From IMG/VR virus record IMGVR_UViG_3300026097_001223, positions 96,001-160,000 of that record: a stretch of 64,000 bases of DNA; one strand, written 5' to 3'. Both the position numbers and the translations under genes were made by a program. Shown here piece by piece: positions 34,103-43,826 of the stretch. The notes beneath the pieces are model-generated. The model made no database searches. It was not told the origin of the DNA and was given only the letters and a program-made list of their open reading frames with translations. The stretch comes from a virus. The first letter of the stretch is position 1, and the number at the start of each line of letters is the position of its first letter.

Positions 34103-34204
34103 CATCCATAAAAAAATACCATTGCAAAAACCGCTATATTTGCGTTGACAACATAGTCTACGTTAATATATAGTACACATATACTTTTTAATCAAGGAGT
34201 AACA

Positions 34205-34777
34205 ATGAAAGAAGGACAAAAGGTGCCAGAGGTAACCTTTAAGTATCGTGTTCGCACAGACGGCAAACCCATCACATATGTTGATGAGACCAATGGTGGC
34301 GACAATCCATTTGAGTTCAAAGACATTTCAACAGCAGACATCTTCGGCGGAAAAACAGTTGTAGTATTTTCGCTGCCAGGGGCATACACACCAACCTGTA
34401 GTACATATCAAGTGCCAGGATTTGAAGAAAAATATGCTGATTTTGTAAATCACGGTGTAGATGATATCTACGTATTAAGTGTAAATGACACATTTGTTAT
34501 GCGTCGTTGGATGATTGATCAGGGTGTGAAAAACATCAAGTTCATTCCAGATGGCAATGGTGAATTTACAGAAGGCATGGGCATGCTTAATTGCATGACA
34601 GCAGTGGGCTTTGGCAACCGCAGTCGTCGGTATGCCATGATTGTCAAGGATGGCACCATAGAGAAGATGTTTGTTGAACCAGATTCAACAGCAGACAATC
34701 CCGATCCATATGGCAAAAGTTCGCCCGAGTCGGTATTAGAATATCTTTTCGAAGAAACAATAGCTGAGTTAACATAA
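34205..34777 (+). CDS. Peroxiredoxin (Prx5/atypical 2-Cys type)
   Basis: VVFSLPGAYTPTCS, SVNDTFVM, PDGNGEFT, RSRRYAM; TTGACA promoter at 34145. Confidence 0.92.
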   Translation: MKEGQKVPEVTFKYRVRTDGKPITYVDETNGGDNPFEFKDISTADIFGGKTVVVFSLPGAYTPTCSTYQVPGFEEKYADFVNHGVDDIYVLSVNDTFVMRRWMIDQGVKNIKFIPDGNGEFTEGMGMLNCMTAVGFGNRSRRYAMIVKDGTIEKMFVEPDSTADNPDPYGKSSPESVLEYLFEETIAELT

Positions 34778-34787
34778 GGAGAAAACT

Positions 34788-35222
34788 ATGAGCGTTAAAG
34801 GCACTAAAACAGAACAGGCATTGAAAGATGCTTTTGCAGGCGAATCAAAAGCAAACCGTCGCTATTTGTATTTTGCAAACATGGCAGACATTGAAGGTGC
34901 TCCAGAAGTAGCCAATGTATTCCGTAATACAGCAGAAGGCGAGACTGGTCACGCACACGGCCACATGGAGTATCTAATCACAGGCGGTGCAGGTGATCCA
35001 GAAACAGATCTTCCAGCAGGCAATGTGGTAGAAGCATTAGAAAGTGCTATTGCAGGTGAAACGCATGAGTACACCGACATGTACCCAGGCATGGCAAAGA
35101 CTGCACGTGACGAAGGCTTTGATGAGATTGCTGATTGGTTTGAAACACTGGCCAAAGCAGAGCGTTCACATGCTAACAAGTTCAAGAAGACACTTGATGC
35201 ATACAACGAAGAAAACGCATAA
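34788..35222 (+). CDS. Rubrerythrin (short form without rubredoxin domain)
   Basis: [39 protein letters not shown]. Confidence 0.92.
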   Translation: MSVKGTKTEQALKDAFAGESKANRRYLYFANMADIEGAPEVANVFRNTAEGETGHAHGHMEYLITGGAGDPETDLPAGNVVEALESAIAGETHEYTDMYPGMAKTARDEGFDEIADWFETLAKAERSHANKFKKTLDAYNEENA

Positions 35223-35245
35223 AAATTAAATCACTACAATGCCAC

Positions 35246-35273
35246 AAAAGCCCCTCACTGCAGGGGCTTTTTT
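35246..35273 (+). terminator. Rho-independent terminator
   Basis: AAAAGCCCCT-CACTGC-AGGGGCTTTT-TT. Confidence 0.85.
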
Positions 35274-35285
35274 GTAAATACAGTT

Positions 35286-35453
35286 ATGGAAAAAGTCTAC
35301 TGGGTTTTATTGCCAGGATCAGCTCGTGCGCAGCCTCTTACTCAACAGCAGTATGAATCCTATATGAGAAGTAAATTTAGACTATGGCAAGGCACAATTC
35401 AAGGCGTGTCAAAGGCAACTTTAGAGAAAACCAGAGACGTTGACAAATTCTAG
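35286..35453 (+). CDS. 55-aa small protein (not in the ORF track)
   Basis: MEKVYWVLLPGSARAQPLTQQQYESYMRSKFRLWQG...; ATG 5 nt after TAAATA (35275). Confidence 0.5.
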   Translation: MEKVYWVLLPGSARAQPLTQQQYESYMRSKFRLWQGTIQGVSKATLEKTRDVDKF

Positions 35454-35500
35454 TTAAATATTGTTTCAAATTTTATTAGATTTTATTTTTTTGGAACAAG

Positions 35501-35857
35501 ATGACTGAAACTCAACTGCTTTTTGCACTATTCTCCTGGCTGGTTTTAACCAGCATTATATACACTATCACAGGTTGGCAACGTGTTGCTGACTGTTATC
35601 GTATGTGGTTTACTCGTGAATACTGGACTGACTATAACATTATAGAGGCTGCAAGCTGGATTGCCAAAGCCATAATTATTATTCCTGGATTGATTTTTGG
35701 AATACAAATTTGGCAATTTTACTTTGTTGCACTGGCTACCAGCATGACACTGATTTGGGCAAGCAACAAAAAGTTGTTACCAACTCTTGTAGGATTCAAC
35801 ACCCTGTGGATTTGGTTGAGTATGATGGTAATTGCGCAGAACATAATCGATGTATAG
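35501..35857 (+). CDS. Small membrane protein
   Basis: Multiple TMs; WTDYNIIEAASWIAKAIIIIPGL. Confidence 0.65.
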   Translation: MTETQLLFALFSWLVLTSIIYTITGWQRVADCYRMWFTREYWTDYNIIEAASWIAKAIIIIPGLIFGIQIWQFYFVALATSMTLIWASNKKLLPTLVGFNTLWIWLSMMVIAQNIIDV

Positions 35858-37436
35858 AAAACCAGTAAAAAATATAGTAGTACTAGGTGGCGGCACTGCT
35901 GGTTGGCTTGCGGCAGGCTATATCAGCAGTCAACTGCCCGATGTCACCATAACCGTTATTGAAAGTGACAAGACAAAAATTGTTGGTGTAGGCGAAACCA
36001 CTGTGCCACAGTTTCGTACACATCTCGAAAAGATGGGTTTACAAGAAAGTCAATGGATGAAAGCCAGCGGCAGTACATTTAAATATGGCGCACGATTTGA
36101 TGGCTGGCGCACAGGATCGGACAGCAGGTGGCATGGGTTCGGTGATTTCCTAGGAGAGAAAAGTATTCTGAAAAGCACTGGCGAAATCAACAAGGCCAGT
36201 GCATCCAAGGAAACAGACCATGCAATTGACTGCGACTACTGGTTTAAATTATTACAGCAAAACAAAATATCAGGATCTCAGTTGAACTGGTTCAACAGCG
36301 AAGCCTACTATCTAATAAAACACAGCCGAGCACACGCTCTAATGGATGGCACACAGGTTGCAAGTCGGTGTCCAGGGTATGCATACAACATCAATGCGTT
36401 CAAAGTAGGGCAAGCAATAAAAGATCTAGTGGCAATGCCAAATGGAGTTGTGCATAAAGTTGCACACATCGATCAAGTTGTTTACGCAGAAGATCAAAGT
36501 GTGGACTATCTCATAGACAGCAATGGACAAAAGCACACTGCTGATTTGTACATAGATTGCACAGGATTCCGTAGGTTGCTTATTGGAGAGCATTCAAAAT
36601 GGATTAGTTTCAGTGATCGGTTAGGATGTCAAAACGCCATCGGCGGCCGAGTGCAATACAACGACGACCAAGAAACTGCTTGTGATCCTGTGTTACACAC
36701 CACAGCAATGAGTGCAGGGTGGAGTTGGCGAGTACCTCTACGAGACGACACTGGATCAGGCTGTGTGTTTGACTCACGGTTTATAGATCCAGATGATGCC
36801 GAACAAGAGCTGATCGATCTCTGGAAAAGCAGAGGCAAAGAAATTGACATTAAAGTGCGTATAAAATACGACAACGGTATATTAGATCGCAGTGCTCACA
36901 GAAACGTTGTTGCAGTTGGTCTTGCTAGTAATTTTTTAGAACCATTGGAAGCAACCAGCATCAGCTTTACCACTCTTGCCAACGAATTAATAGTGCAGCT
37001 GATACAAAAACACAACGGACACTGGGGGCATCGTGACAGCGAAACACTCTCGCGACTGATGCGACGAGAAATTGACTATACTACTGATTTCATTTGGTTA
37101 CACTATGCGTTAACACAACGAAAAGACACAGAATTCTGGCGCCATGTAGGACAGCATCGCGAACAGGCCTTGCAATTGGCATACAGATGGTACCTTGACA
37201 ACGTCGACATACATCGTCGAGAAAAAGATTTCGATCACACACGATATAACAAATTTGATTGGGCACAGATGCTTACTAGCCAGTGTGCCTATCATGACGT
37301 TCCTACTCATCCAGTTGACTCTCGTTTTCTAGAACGGGCACTGATTCAGTATCAATATCGAGATACTGTAGGACAATGGATGTCTCGCACCCTGCCTAGT
37401 CATTGGCAATATCTATTGCATATCAATAACAGCTAA
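35850..37436 (+). CDS. Tryptophan 7-halogenase family flavoprotein
   Basis: VLGGGTAGW, GVGETT, YIDCTGF, GWSWRVPL, FLEPLEATSI. Confidence 0.88.
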   Translation: MYRKPVKNIVVLGGGTAGWLAAGYISSQLPDVTITVIESDKTKIVGVGETTVPQFRTHLEKMGLQESQWMKASGSTFKYGARFDGWRTGSDSRWHGFGDFLGEKSILKSTGEINKASASKETDHAIDCDYWFKLLQQNKISGSQLNWFNSEAYYLIKHSRAHALMDGTQVASRCPGYAYNINAFKVGQAIKDLVAMPNGVVHKVAHIDQVVYAEDQSVDYLIDSNGQKHTADLYIDCTGFRRLLIGEHSKWISFSDRLGCQNAIGGRVQYNDDQETACDPVLHTTAMSAGWSWRVPLRDDTGSGCVFDSRFIDPDDAEQELIDLWKSRGKEIDIKVRIKYDNGILDRSAHRNVVAVGLASNFLEPLEATSISFTTLANELIVQLIQKHNGHWGHRDSETLSRLMRREIDYTTDFIWLHYALTQRKDTEFWRHVGQHREQALQLAYRWYLDNVDIHRREKDFDHTRYNKFDWAQMLTSQCAYHDVPTHPVDSRFLERALIQYQYRDTVGQWMSRTLPSHWQYLLHINNS

Positions 37437-37476
37437 AACCCAGCACTTTTCTATTCCCTGATCCTGGTAAATACAA

Positions 37477-38520
37477 ATGTCAGGTTGGGGAGCTATGACA
37501 GTGAAAATTTCAAACAATATATGGCCGATAGCAGCGGTTATTCTGCTTGCGTCGTCTTCGGGATGGGCATTGGAAGATGCCGACGGTGAAGCAGACAGCA
37601 GCAGTCTTGTGGTCACAGAAAGTACCACAACGACCAACAGTACCGTTAACAGTACAAACACCAATACCAACACCAATAATAATACGGTGAATAGTACTAG
37701 CACCAGTACTAATACCAATAACAATGTGTTGAGTGGTGGTACTAACAATACCAACACAAACATCAACACCAATAATAATATACTAAGTGGTGGTACTGAC
37801 AACAAAAACACCAATATCAACACCAATACCAACAACAGTACTATTAATCAAACAACCAACAATACCAGTAACAGCACGATTAATAATACAACCAACTCAA
37901 CCATTGATCAGACAACCGACAGCACTATCAATCAAACCACTGACAGCACTATCGATCAAACTGTTGATCAAACTGTTAACAGCACTAACACAAACACAAA
38001 CACAAACAACAATACCAATGTTAACACTAGCACCAGCAATAACACCAACACCAACAATAACAACAACAAGAGCGATGTGACACAAACCATCAAGTCACCG
38101 CCGCCCAGTGCCATTGCTCCTACTGTGAATGCAGGCGGTAATGATACTTGTACTGTGAGTTACAGTGCCGCAGTGCAGAGTCAGGTACTGGGCATTGCAG
38201 GTGGCGGCCATGTTCGTGATCTAAACTGTGAACGCCTAAAGAATTCTAAACAGTTATACAACATGGGCATGAAGGTTGCGGCTGTGAGTTTGATGTGCCA
38301 GGATCCAAAGGTATTTACAGCAATGGAAATGGCTGGAACACCTTGTCCGTTCAACGGCAAGATCGGTGAAGAAGCCAAAGAAATGTGGGCAAAGTATCCA
38401 GAACTGAAGCCTACAGAACAGGAAGAGGAAACCAGACGCAATGACACACTCAAGGGCATTGGCTGGGGCATACTCGGCAGTGCTCTGCTCATGTATGCTA
38501 CTGGTGGCGCCGCTTTCTAA
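37477..38520 (+). CDS. Exported Asn/Thr-repeat protein with a conserved Cys-containing C-terminal domain
   Basis: Signal-like N-terminus; NTNTN tracts; PPPSAIAP...C..D.NCERLK..K.L..MGMKVAAVSLMCQD; TAAATA at 37468. Confidence 0.65.
   Translation: MSGWGAMTVKISNNIWPIAAVILLASSSGWALEDADGEADSSSLVVTESTTTTNSTVNSTNTNTNTNNNTVNSTSTSTNTNNNVLSGGTNNTNTNINTNNNILSGGTDNKNTNINTNTNNSTINQTTNNTSNSTINNTTNSTIDQTTDSTINQTTDSTIDQTVDQTVNSTNTNTNTNNNTNVNTSTSNNTNTNNNNNKSDVTQTIKSPPPSAIAPTVNAGGNDTCTVSYSAAVQSQVLGIAGGGHVRDLNCERLKNSKQLYNMGMKVAAVSLMCQDPKVFTAMEMAGTPCPFNGKIGEEAKEMWAKYPELKPTEQEEETRRNDTLKGIGWGILGSALLMYATGGAAF
37897..38060 (+). repeat. Coding tandem repeats (24-bp STI(D/N)QT(T/V)D units x3, then AACAC/AAC microrepeats)
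   Basis: Units at 37897, 37921 and 37945; ACAAAC repeats from about 37989. Confidence 0.7.
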
Positions 38521-40489
38521 AGCGGGTCCTCACGACAACCACACATTCCAAGCACCTGACCACAACGAAATAAAAGATTGGTGGGTAGGCCAGGGCGGCA
38601 GCATTGACAGTTATCTTTATTCAGAAAACTCAACCACAGGATCGGACGGCGTGTTAGGCAATGAACACATCTGCATAAGAGACGATGTCAACAAAGTGTA
38701 TGTGGGTCGTTCAGATGTCTGCGTTAATAGGTCAATGGACTCAACCTATAGTTATATACAGATCGACGAGATAGACTGGGCCACACAGGAATACATTGTG
38801 GGACAGACAGGTGACTTGATAGGCGACACTTCTCAGTATTGGGATGGTTGTTATACAGTCAATCAAGGATGGGGTGGAACTTCAGGCGGATCATGTCCTA
38901 CTATTAATGATCAATACGTTGGTGCGGCGGATGGACAGATTAACTTTGGTTATGTAGAACGCACACTAACAAACCTCGCCGCAATAAACATCGCACTGGA
39001 GCAGGCTGGTATTGAAGCAACAGGCTACAACTATTCGTGGAGCATAAAGAACAACGATGCTGAATACAAAGACAGTGGTAATGGCAGAAACACACCAGAT
39101 ACGTTCTATGTGGAAGTGGTTATTCGTGACACACAAGGAAATGCAGTGTTTTCTAAAACCTATGACTACAGTCAATATTACAGTAGTTGGACACCTGTTA
39201 CAGGAGAGGAAACATTTGCCGATCCTTTTGATGTAAGCACACTGGAATCTATTCAACTGAATGTCACAGGTAAGGATTTGGGATACTGGGCAGGATACTA
39301 TGGTCCAGAGTTCAAGGATCCTTCGATAAAACTTAACTACAGATACGCAGGCAATCCTGTGGCAGAAGAAAGCCTAGAGGATACGGTATTGCTGTCAGCA
39401 CAGTGTTCAGCAGATCCTACATTCTCCCCAGAATGCCCAGGCTACAATGACGCATTTATGGCTAACATAAACACAGGAGCACCTACAATAGACGATGTCA
39501 CAACTGGGATGCTAGATCCTATAACAGACACTGCTTCAACGGGAGGATTTTCTAATGACCCAATGGATACAACAAATAATGGATTGGTGGGAATGGCATC
39601 GTCTTCGCCAGCACCAGGATCAAATGTGCAAGAAACACAAGCCGCAACCTCAGATACAGCAACAGAATCAGTTGCAGAATCAACAGGCGAAACCAGCACA
39701 GGAGCAGGAAGATCACTGAATGCCAATGAACTGAACGCACTCAGTGCCGCTGAAGATGTAGCCAGTGCCGCAACCAGCATAGCCGCAGAGAGTAGCACAC
39801 AGAGTCTTACAAGCAGTAACACCGGCACTAGCACAGGGGCTCCTGGCACCACAGGCGGCTTTGACACCAACGGTGTTGCGGGTGCTTCTAACTTTGGTGG
39901 CGGCTTTGGCGGTAGCAGTTTTGGTTCAGACAGCACCAACTCAGGAATGGATTCTAACATGGGCAACACAGGAATGGACAGCAACTCAGGCGATTCTGCT
40001 AGCATGGATCTTGCCATGGGCGGGTCAGTGCAAACTGAAGATATCACAGGTGAATCTGCACTGAGCGCATCAGAGCAGTTGACTCAAGGTGCTGACATGG
40101 CAGACATAGAACTGGCCAGTTTGGATTTGGATTTGATACGAGACATTGTGAACAGTGTTGCAGAACGCACACTACAAGATATCAAAGACGAACAAGAAGA
40201 CAGTATGGAAGAAGCCAATGAGGCCAGCATTGCACAAGCCAACGCAGAAGAAGATAGACTGGCACAGGCTGCAATGGCAGGCAGCACAGATGAATCAGCA
40301 CTGGTAGCACTGTTGGGATATAATCCCGACTTTAGAGCATATCAACAACCGCAAATGGCAGACGGTGATTTATACCCGCCAAAGGATATATACACGGACA
40401 AGAAAAACTATGACAATCCTGCAGCTCGATTTTTCAATGGAGCCAGCGATGCAAAACACAAGTCGATGGTAAGGAGCCAATACAGATAA
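38441..40489 (+). CDS. Large exported protein with Ser/Thr/Gly-rich linker and acidic C-terminus
   Basis: Signal peptide; C..DP..SP.CPGY motif; low-complexity region. Confidence 0.6.
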   Translation: MTHSRALAGAYSAVLCSCMLLVAPLSKAGPHDNHTFQAPDHNEIKDWWVGQGGSIDSYLYSENSTTGSDGVLGNEHICIRDDVNKVYVGRSDVCVNRSMDSTYSYIQIDEIDWATQEYIVGQTGDLIGDTSQYWDGCYTVNQGWGGTSGGSCPTINDQYVGAADGQINFGYVERTLTNLAAINIALEQAGIEATGYNYSWSIKNNDAEYKDSGNGRNTPDTFYVEVVIRDTQGNAVFSKTYDYSQYYSSWTPVTGEETFADPFDVSTLESIQLNVTGKDLGYWAGYYGPEFKDPSIKLNYRYAGNPVAEESLEDTVLLSAQCSADPTFSPECPGYNDAFMANINTGAPTIDDVTTGMLDPITDTASTGGFSNDPMDTTNNGLVGMASSSPAPGSNVQETQAATSDTATESVAESTGETSTGAGRSLNANELNALSAAEDVASAATSIAAESSTQSLTSSNTGTSTGAPGTTGGFDTNGVAGASNFGGGFGGSSFGSDSTNSGMDSNMGNTGMDSNSGDSASMDLAMGGSVQTEDITGESALSASEQLTQGADMADIELASLDLDLIRDIVNSVAERTLQDIKDEQEDSMEEANEASIAQANAEEDRLAQAAMAGSTDESALVALLGYNPDFRAYQQPQMADGDLYPPKDIYTDKKNYDNPAARFFNGASDAKHKSMVRSQYR

Positions 40490-40683
40490 TGGAAGCAATA
40501 ATATTTGCAGGCGCACTCAGTTATTTTGGGTTTGCCGGAGCAGAATGGGCACATGAAAAAGTAGAAAAATACTTTGAAAAACAATCAGAACAAGTAGAAC
40601 AACAAGAAGAAAATCGCCCAGCACAGGGCAAGATACGGCTGATTCAACGCGGAAAAGTCGTTGCCGAAACAAAACTAGATTGA
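40489..40683 (+). CDS. Small membrane-anchored protein
   Basis: Coupled ORF; N-terminal hydrophobic segment. Confidence 0.5.
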   Translation: MEAIIFAGALSYFGFAGAEWAHEKVEKYFEKQSEQVEQQEENRPAQGKIRLIQRGKVVAETKLD

Positions 40684-40693
40684 GGAGTTATAC

Positions 40694-41071
40694 ATGGCAG
40701 AAGAAACAATCAAACCTACAACACCTGTAGAAAATGCAACCGTAACAGTGGACAAAGATGCCATTGATGGTGCAGATCTCAACGGAGACGGACACGTTTC
40801 TAAAGAAGAGATGGATATGCATTTAGAATTTAAACGCAAAGAACTCGAAGACAAAGACGCACAGCGTGACGCAATTCGCAAGATGGCCTGGTTTTCACTG
40901 TTTGGTCTTCTGCTGTACCCAATTGGTATTTTCCTTACCTCAGCGTTTGGCTTAGACACAGCAGCACAACTAATTGCTGACATTGCTCCAACTTATTTTG
41001 CTTCAATTGCAGTGTTGGTTTCTGCATTCTTTGGAGCTGATGCATTCGCTAACAAAGGCAAGAAACAATGA
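40694..41071 (+). CDS. Holin-like membrane protein with an EF-hand-like motif
   Basis: DLNGDGHVSKEE, followed by two TMs ending AFFGADAF. Confidence 0.55.
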   Translation: MAEETIKPTTPVENATVTVDKDAIDGADLNGDGHVSKEEMDMHLEFKRKELEDKDAQRDAIRKMAWFSLFGLLLYPIGIFLTSAFGLDTAAQLIADIAPTYFASIAVLVSAFFGADAFANKGKKQ

Positions 41072-41532
41072 CACAAAATGAATATGACGTCGTTGTGATT
41101 AATGTGGTCGATGGCGACACTGTGGACGTGGACATTGATTTGGGCTTTGGTATTACACTAAGAGACGAACGAGTACGTATCATGGGCATTGACACAGAAG
41201 AAAGCCGCACGTCAGACAAGGTAGAAGACTTGTTTGGCGAAACTGCTAAGGCTCGTGTGAAAGAACTTATGAAGTCTGGCGCCAAGCTCATTACCACTGA
41301 AGACAAGGGTGGTGAAGATATGAAAGGCAAGTTTGGTCGCATCCTGGGAGACTTCCGTCTACCAAGCGGCAAGACACTTACCGAAACTCTCATTGAGGAA
41401 CATCTTGCCGTTCCCTATCACGGACAGAGCAAGGATGATATCCGAGCACAACACCTTGCCAACAGAGAGCAACTGCTCAATGAAGGTGTTGTTAGTAAAG
41501 AAGAATATGAAAAAAGGTTAAAAGATGACTGA
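41068..41532 (+). CDS. Thermonuclease (SNase-like) family protein
   Basis: VVDGDTVDVDIDLGF, RVRIMGIDTEESR, GKFGRILG. Confidence 0.88.
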   Translation: MTQNEYDVVVINVVDGDTVDVDIDLGFGITLRDERVRIMGIDTEESRTSDKVEDLFGETAKARVKELMKSGAKLITTEDKGGEDMKGKFGRILGDFRLPSGKTLTETLIEEHLAVPYHGQSKDDIRAQHLANREQLLNEGVVSKEEYEKRLKDD

Positions 41533-42262
41533 TCATATCAAACACTGCCATTTAATGGCCCGGTGCGCCGGAACGGCTTATCTTGATGGTGCAGACGCCA
41601 AGGCAAAATTCAAAGAGTTAGGATTCACTGGACACAAGTTTTTTGACAAAGATGGTGCACAGTGTCATGCAGTTTGGAACACTGACATGTATGTGTTGTG
41701 TTTTAGAGGAACAGAACCAGATGAACTCAGTGACATTAAAGCTGATCTCAATGCTTGGCCAGATCGCGGCGAAAGCGGCGGGTTGGTTCACAACGGCTTT
41801 CAGAATGAAGTTGACAAGCTGTGGAGCGATATAGAAAAGCATGTTGAAAAAAACTGCAAAGACAAACTGTTTTACATCTGTGGTCACAGCCTAGGTGGTG
41901 CAATGGCTAGTGTAGCCGGCAGCAGATACAAAGATTCTGTGCACTGTGTATACACCTACGGTTCTCCTCGAGTTGGCAACGGCGCCTGGGTACGCAGCTG
42001 GAAAGATGTTCCACACTATAGACACAAAAACAACAATGACATTGTAACCAGTGTGCCGTTTTGGTTCATGGGCTATAGACATCACGGGTCGTTGCGCTAC
42101 ATCAACTTTTACGGTAATGTCCGCAAGTTGACACCCTGGCAAAAGATCAAAGACAGCTGGAGAGGACGCTGGGCAGCATTGTGCACAGGTTCACCGTTTG
42201 ACGGAGTAGCTGATCACGACATTGGTGCTTACATTGAATTTACAGGACGAAACAATGATTGA
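41525..42262 (+). CDS. Lipase, class 3
   Basis: LCFRGTE, VHNGF, CGHSLGG, YTYGSPRVGN, NNNDIV, DH. Confidence 0.9.
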   Translation: MTDHIKHCHLMARCAGTAYLDGADAKAKFKELGFTGHKFFDKDGAQCHAVWNTDMYVLCFRGTEPDELSDIKADLNAWPDRGESGGLVHNGFQNEVDKLWSDIEKHVEKNCKDKLFYICGHSLGGAMASVAGSRYKDSVHCVYTYGSPRVGNGAWVRSWKDVPHYRHKNNNDIVTSVPFWFMGYRHHGSLRYINFYGNVRKLTPWQKIKDSWRGRWAALCTGSPFDGVADHDIGAYIEFTGRNND

Positions 42263-42524
42263 CCGACTATTTGATGATACACTGTGGATATATACAGCAA
42301 TACTTGGCTCAGTGTTTGGTGCAGCATTTCTTGCATACTTTAAAGACACAAGAGCAGGGCTATGGTGCTACGCCAAGCTGGATGAAACGCTGGATTTTCT
42401 TGTTGAGCGCTGGGGCTGGACTTGGTTTGAACAACCCGTGGATGCATGGCGTAAAAAGTATCCATATGTTACCAAAAAAATTGACGAATTAGAAAAACGC
42501 ATAGAGGAGCTAGAACAAAAATGA
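42255..42524 (+). CDS. Small membrane protein
   Basis: Start MIDRLF; one TM plus C-terminal coiled coil. Confidence 0.6.
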   Translation: MIDRLFDDTLWIYTAILGSVFGAAFLAYFKDTRAGLWCYAKLDETLDFLVERWGWTWFEQPVDAWRKKYPYVTKKIDELEKRIEELEQK

Positions 42525-42682
42525 GTTGGATTAAAGACAGACTATTTGAAAGAACAACCTGGGACGGCGCTGTTCTCATTGGTGCAGGACTGGCATTTTT
42601 GCTGTTCAAGCCAATTGCAAGTCTAGTAGCATATGGTGCAATAGCATATGGTGCTTGGACTTTATACACTAAAGAAAAATAA
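42521..42682 (+). CDS. 53-aa two-TM membrane protein (not in the ORF track)
   Basis: MSWIKDRLFERTTWDGAVLIGAGLAFLLFKPIASLVAYGAIAYGAWTLYTKEK; ATGA overlap. Confidence 0.65.
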   Translation: MSWIKDRLFERTTWDGAVLIGAGLAFLLFKPIASLVAYGAIAYGAWTLYTKEK

Positions 42683-42697
42683 CAAAGGAATGGAAGA

Positions 42698-43318
42698 ATG
42701 GCTGACAAAGATCTAGGCGAAAGCATCGAAAACTTCGAGAACGAAGTAGAAAATCTAAAAAATACAAAGATGAAGATTTTTGGCATATCAATGACCCCAA
42801 CCAATATAGGTGCGGCCTTGGCCCTGGTGTCAGCTATTCTTGGCACACTGTATGGCGCATTTGAAAGTTACAAAGCATTTCAAGAAATGAGCGAAAAGCT
42901 AGAAAAAATGGACATTGAAGCAGTAGAAGCTCGCAATGTTGCTATTGAAACCAAACTAGCTGATGCTATTGACTACACTCGCGACATTAAGAACGGACTG
43001 CGGGACGACATACTGCGAATCGAACAACAGGTCAACAGAATGGAAGACAAGGTAGAGGACAGCGAAGACCGTGTTAAAGACAGCCAAGACGCTATTGAAA
43101 CACATCTAGAAACCATTCGTGACGAAATGAACGACGTAAGAAAGGATGTGGCACAGAGCACCCGTGAGATTGAAGGTCTAATGCGCGAAACTGAAAAAGA
43201 CGTTCGTGATACCATGCGTAGCACAGAAGACAGAATTGATTCAGACATGCGTCAACTTGACAAGGATCTTAACGAAAAGTTGCAGGAGGCATTAGACAAC
43301 CCTCTTAACGATATGTAA
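42698..43318 (+). CDS. Membrane-anchored coiled-coil protein
   Basis: One TM, then a long heptad-rich region. Confidence 0.65.
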   Translation: MADKDLGESIENFENEVENLKNTKMKIFGISMTPTNIGAALALVSAILGTLYGAFESYKAFQEMSEKLEKMDIEAVEARNVAIETKLADAIDYTRDIKNGLRDDILRIEQQVNRMEDKVEDSEDRVKDSQDAIETHLETIRDEMNDVRKDVAQSTREIEGLMRETEKDVRDTMRSTEDRIDSDMRQLDKDLNEKLQEALDNPLNDM

Positions 43319-43379
43319 TCGAAAAAATATTTGAGTGCACAAGAGCAACCTAAGTTGCCGCGCACAGGAGCTAGAAAAA

Positions 43380-43817
43380 ATGATCGCTGAATTAGCAGCC
43401 GCTAATGCCGCGTTTGATGTTATCAAGCAAAGCATTCAGAACGGCAAAGAAATCTACGAGGCTGGCGAAGCAGTTGCGGAATACTTCGGACTAAAAAACG
43501 AAATACAAAAACGAGCACACGAACACGGATACAAAAGTGATCTTCAAGCGTTCATGGCCGCTGAACAACTCAAGAAACAAGAAGATGAATTGAAGAACAT
43601 GATGATCTATCAAGGCCGCGGCGGCATGTGGAACGACTGGCTAAAGTTTCAATCAGACATGAAAAAATCTCGCGACGAAGAAGCTAGACAAAAGAAATTG
43701 GCAAAAGCCAAACGCAAGAAAGTGTTGATAAATGTTTTAATTATCGCCAGTGCAGTAGTTGGAACTGGTGCACTTGTTGCTGCAGGAATTTATTTGTTAA
43801 TTGCCTTAGCAAAATAA
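43380..43817 (+). CDS. Coiled-coil protein with a C-terminal TM
   Basis: SD AGGAG; start MIAELA. Confidence 0.6.
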   Translation: MIAELAAANAAFDVIKQSIQNGKEIYEAGEAVAEYFGLKNEIQKRAHEHGYKSDLQAFMAAEQLKKQEDELKNMMIYQGRGGMWNDWLKFQSDMKKSRDEEARQKKLAKAKRKKVLINVLIIASAVVGTGALVAAGIYLLIALAK

Positions 43818-43826
43818 TTATGTGTT

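Noticed and set aside
37413-37835. Very hydrophobic minus-strand ORF (VLVL repeats)
   Set aside because: Mirror of the Asn/Thr codon repeats on the plus strand, not a real membrane protein.
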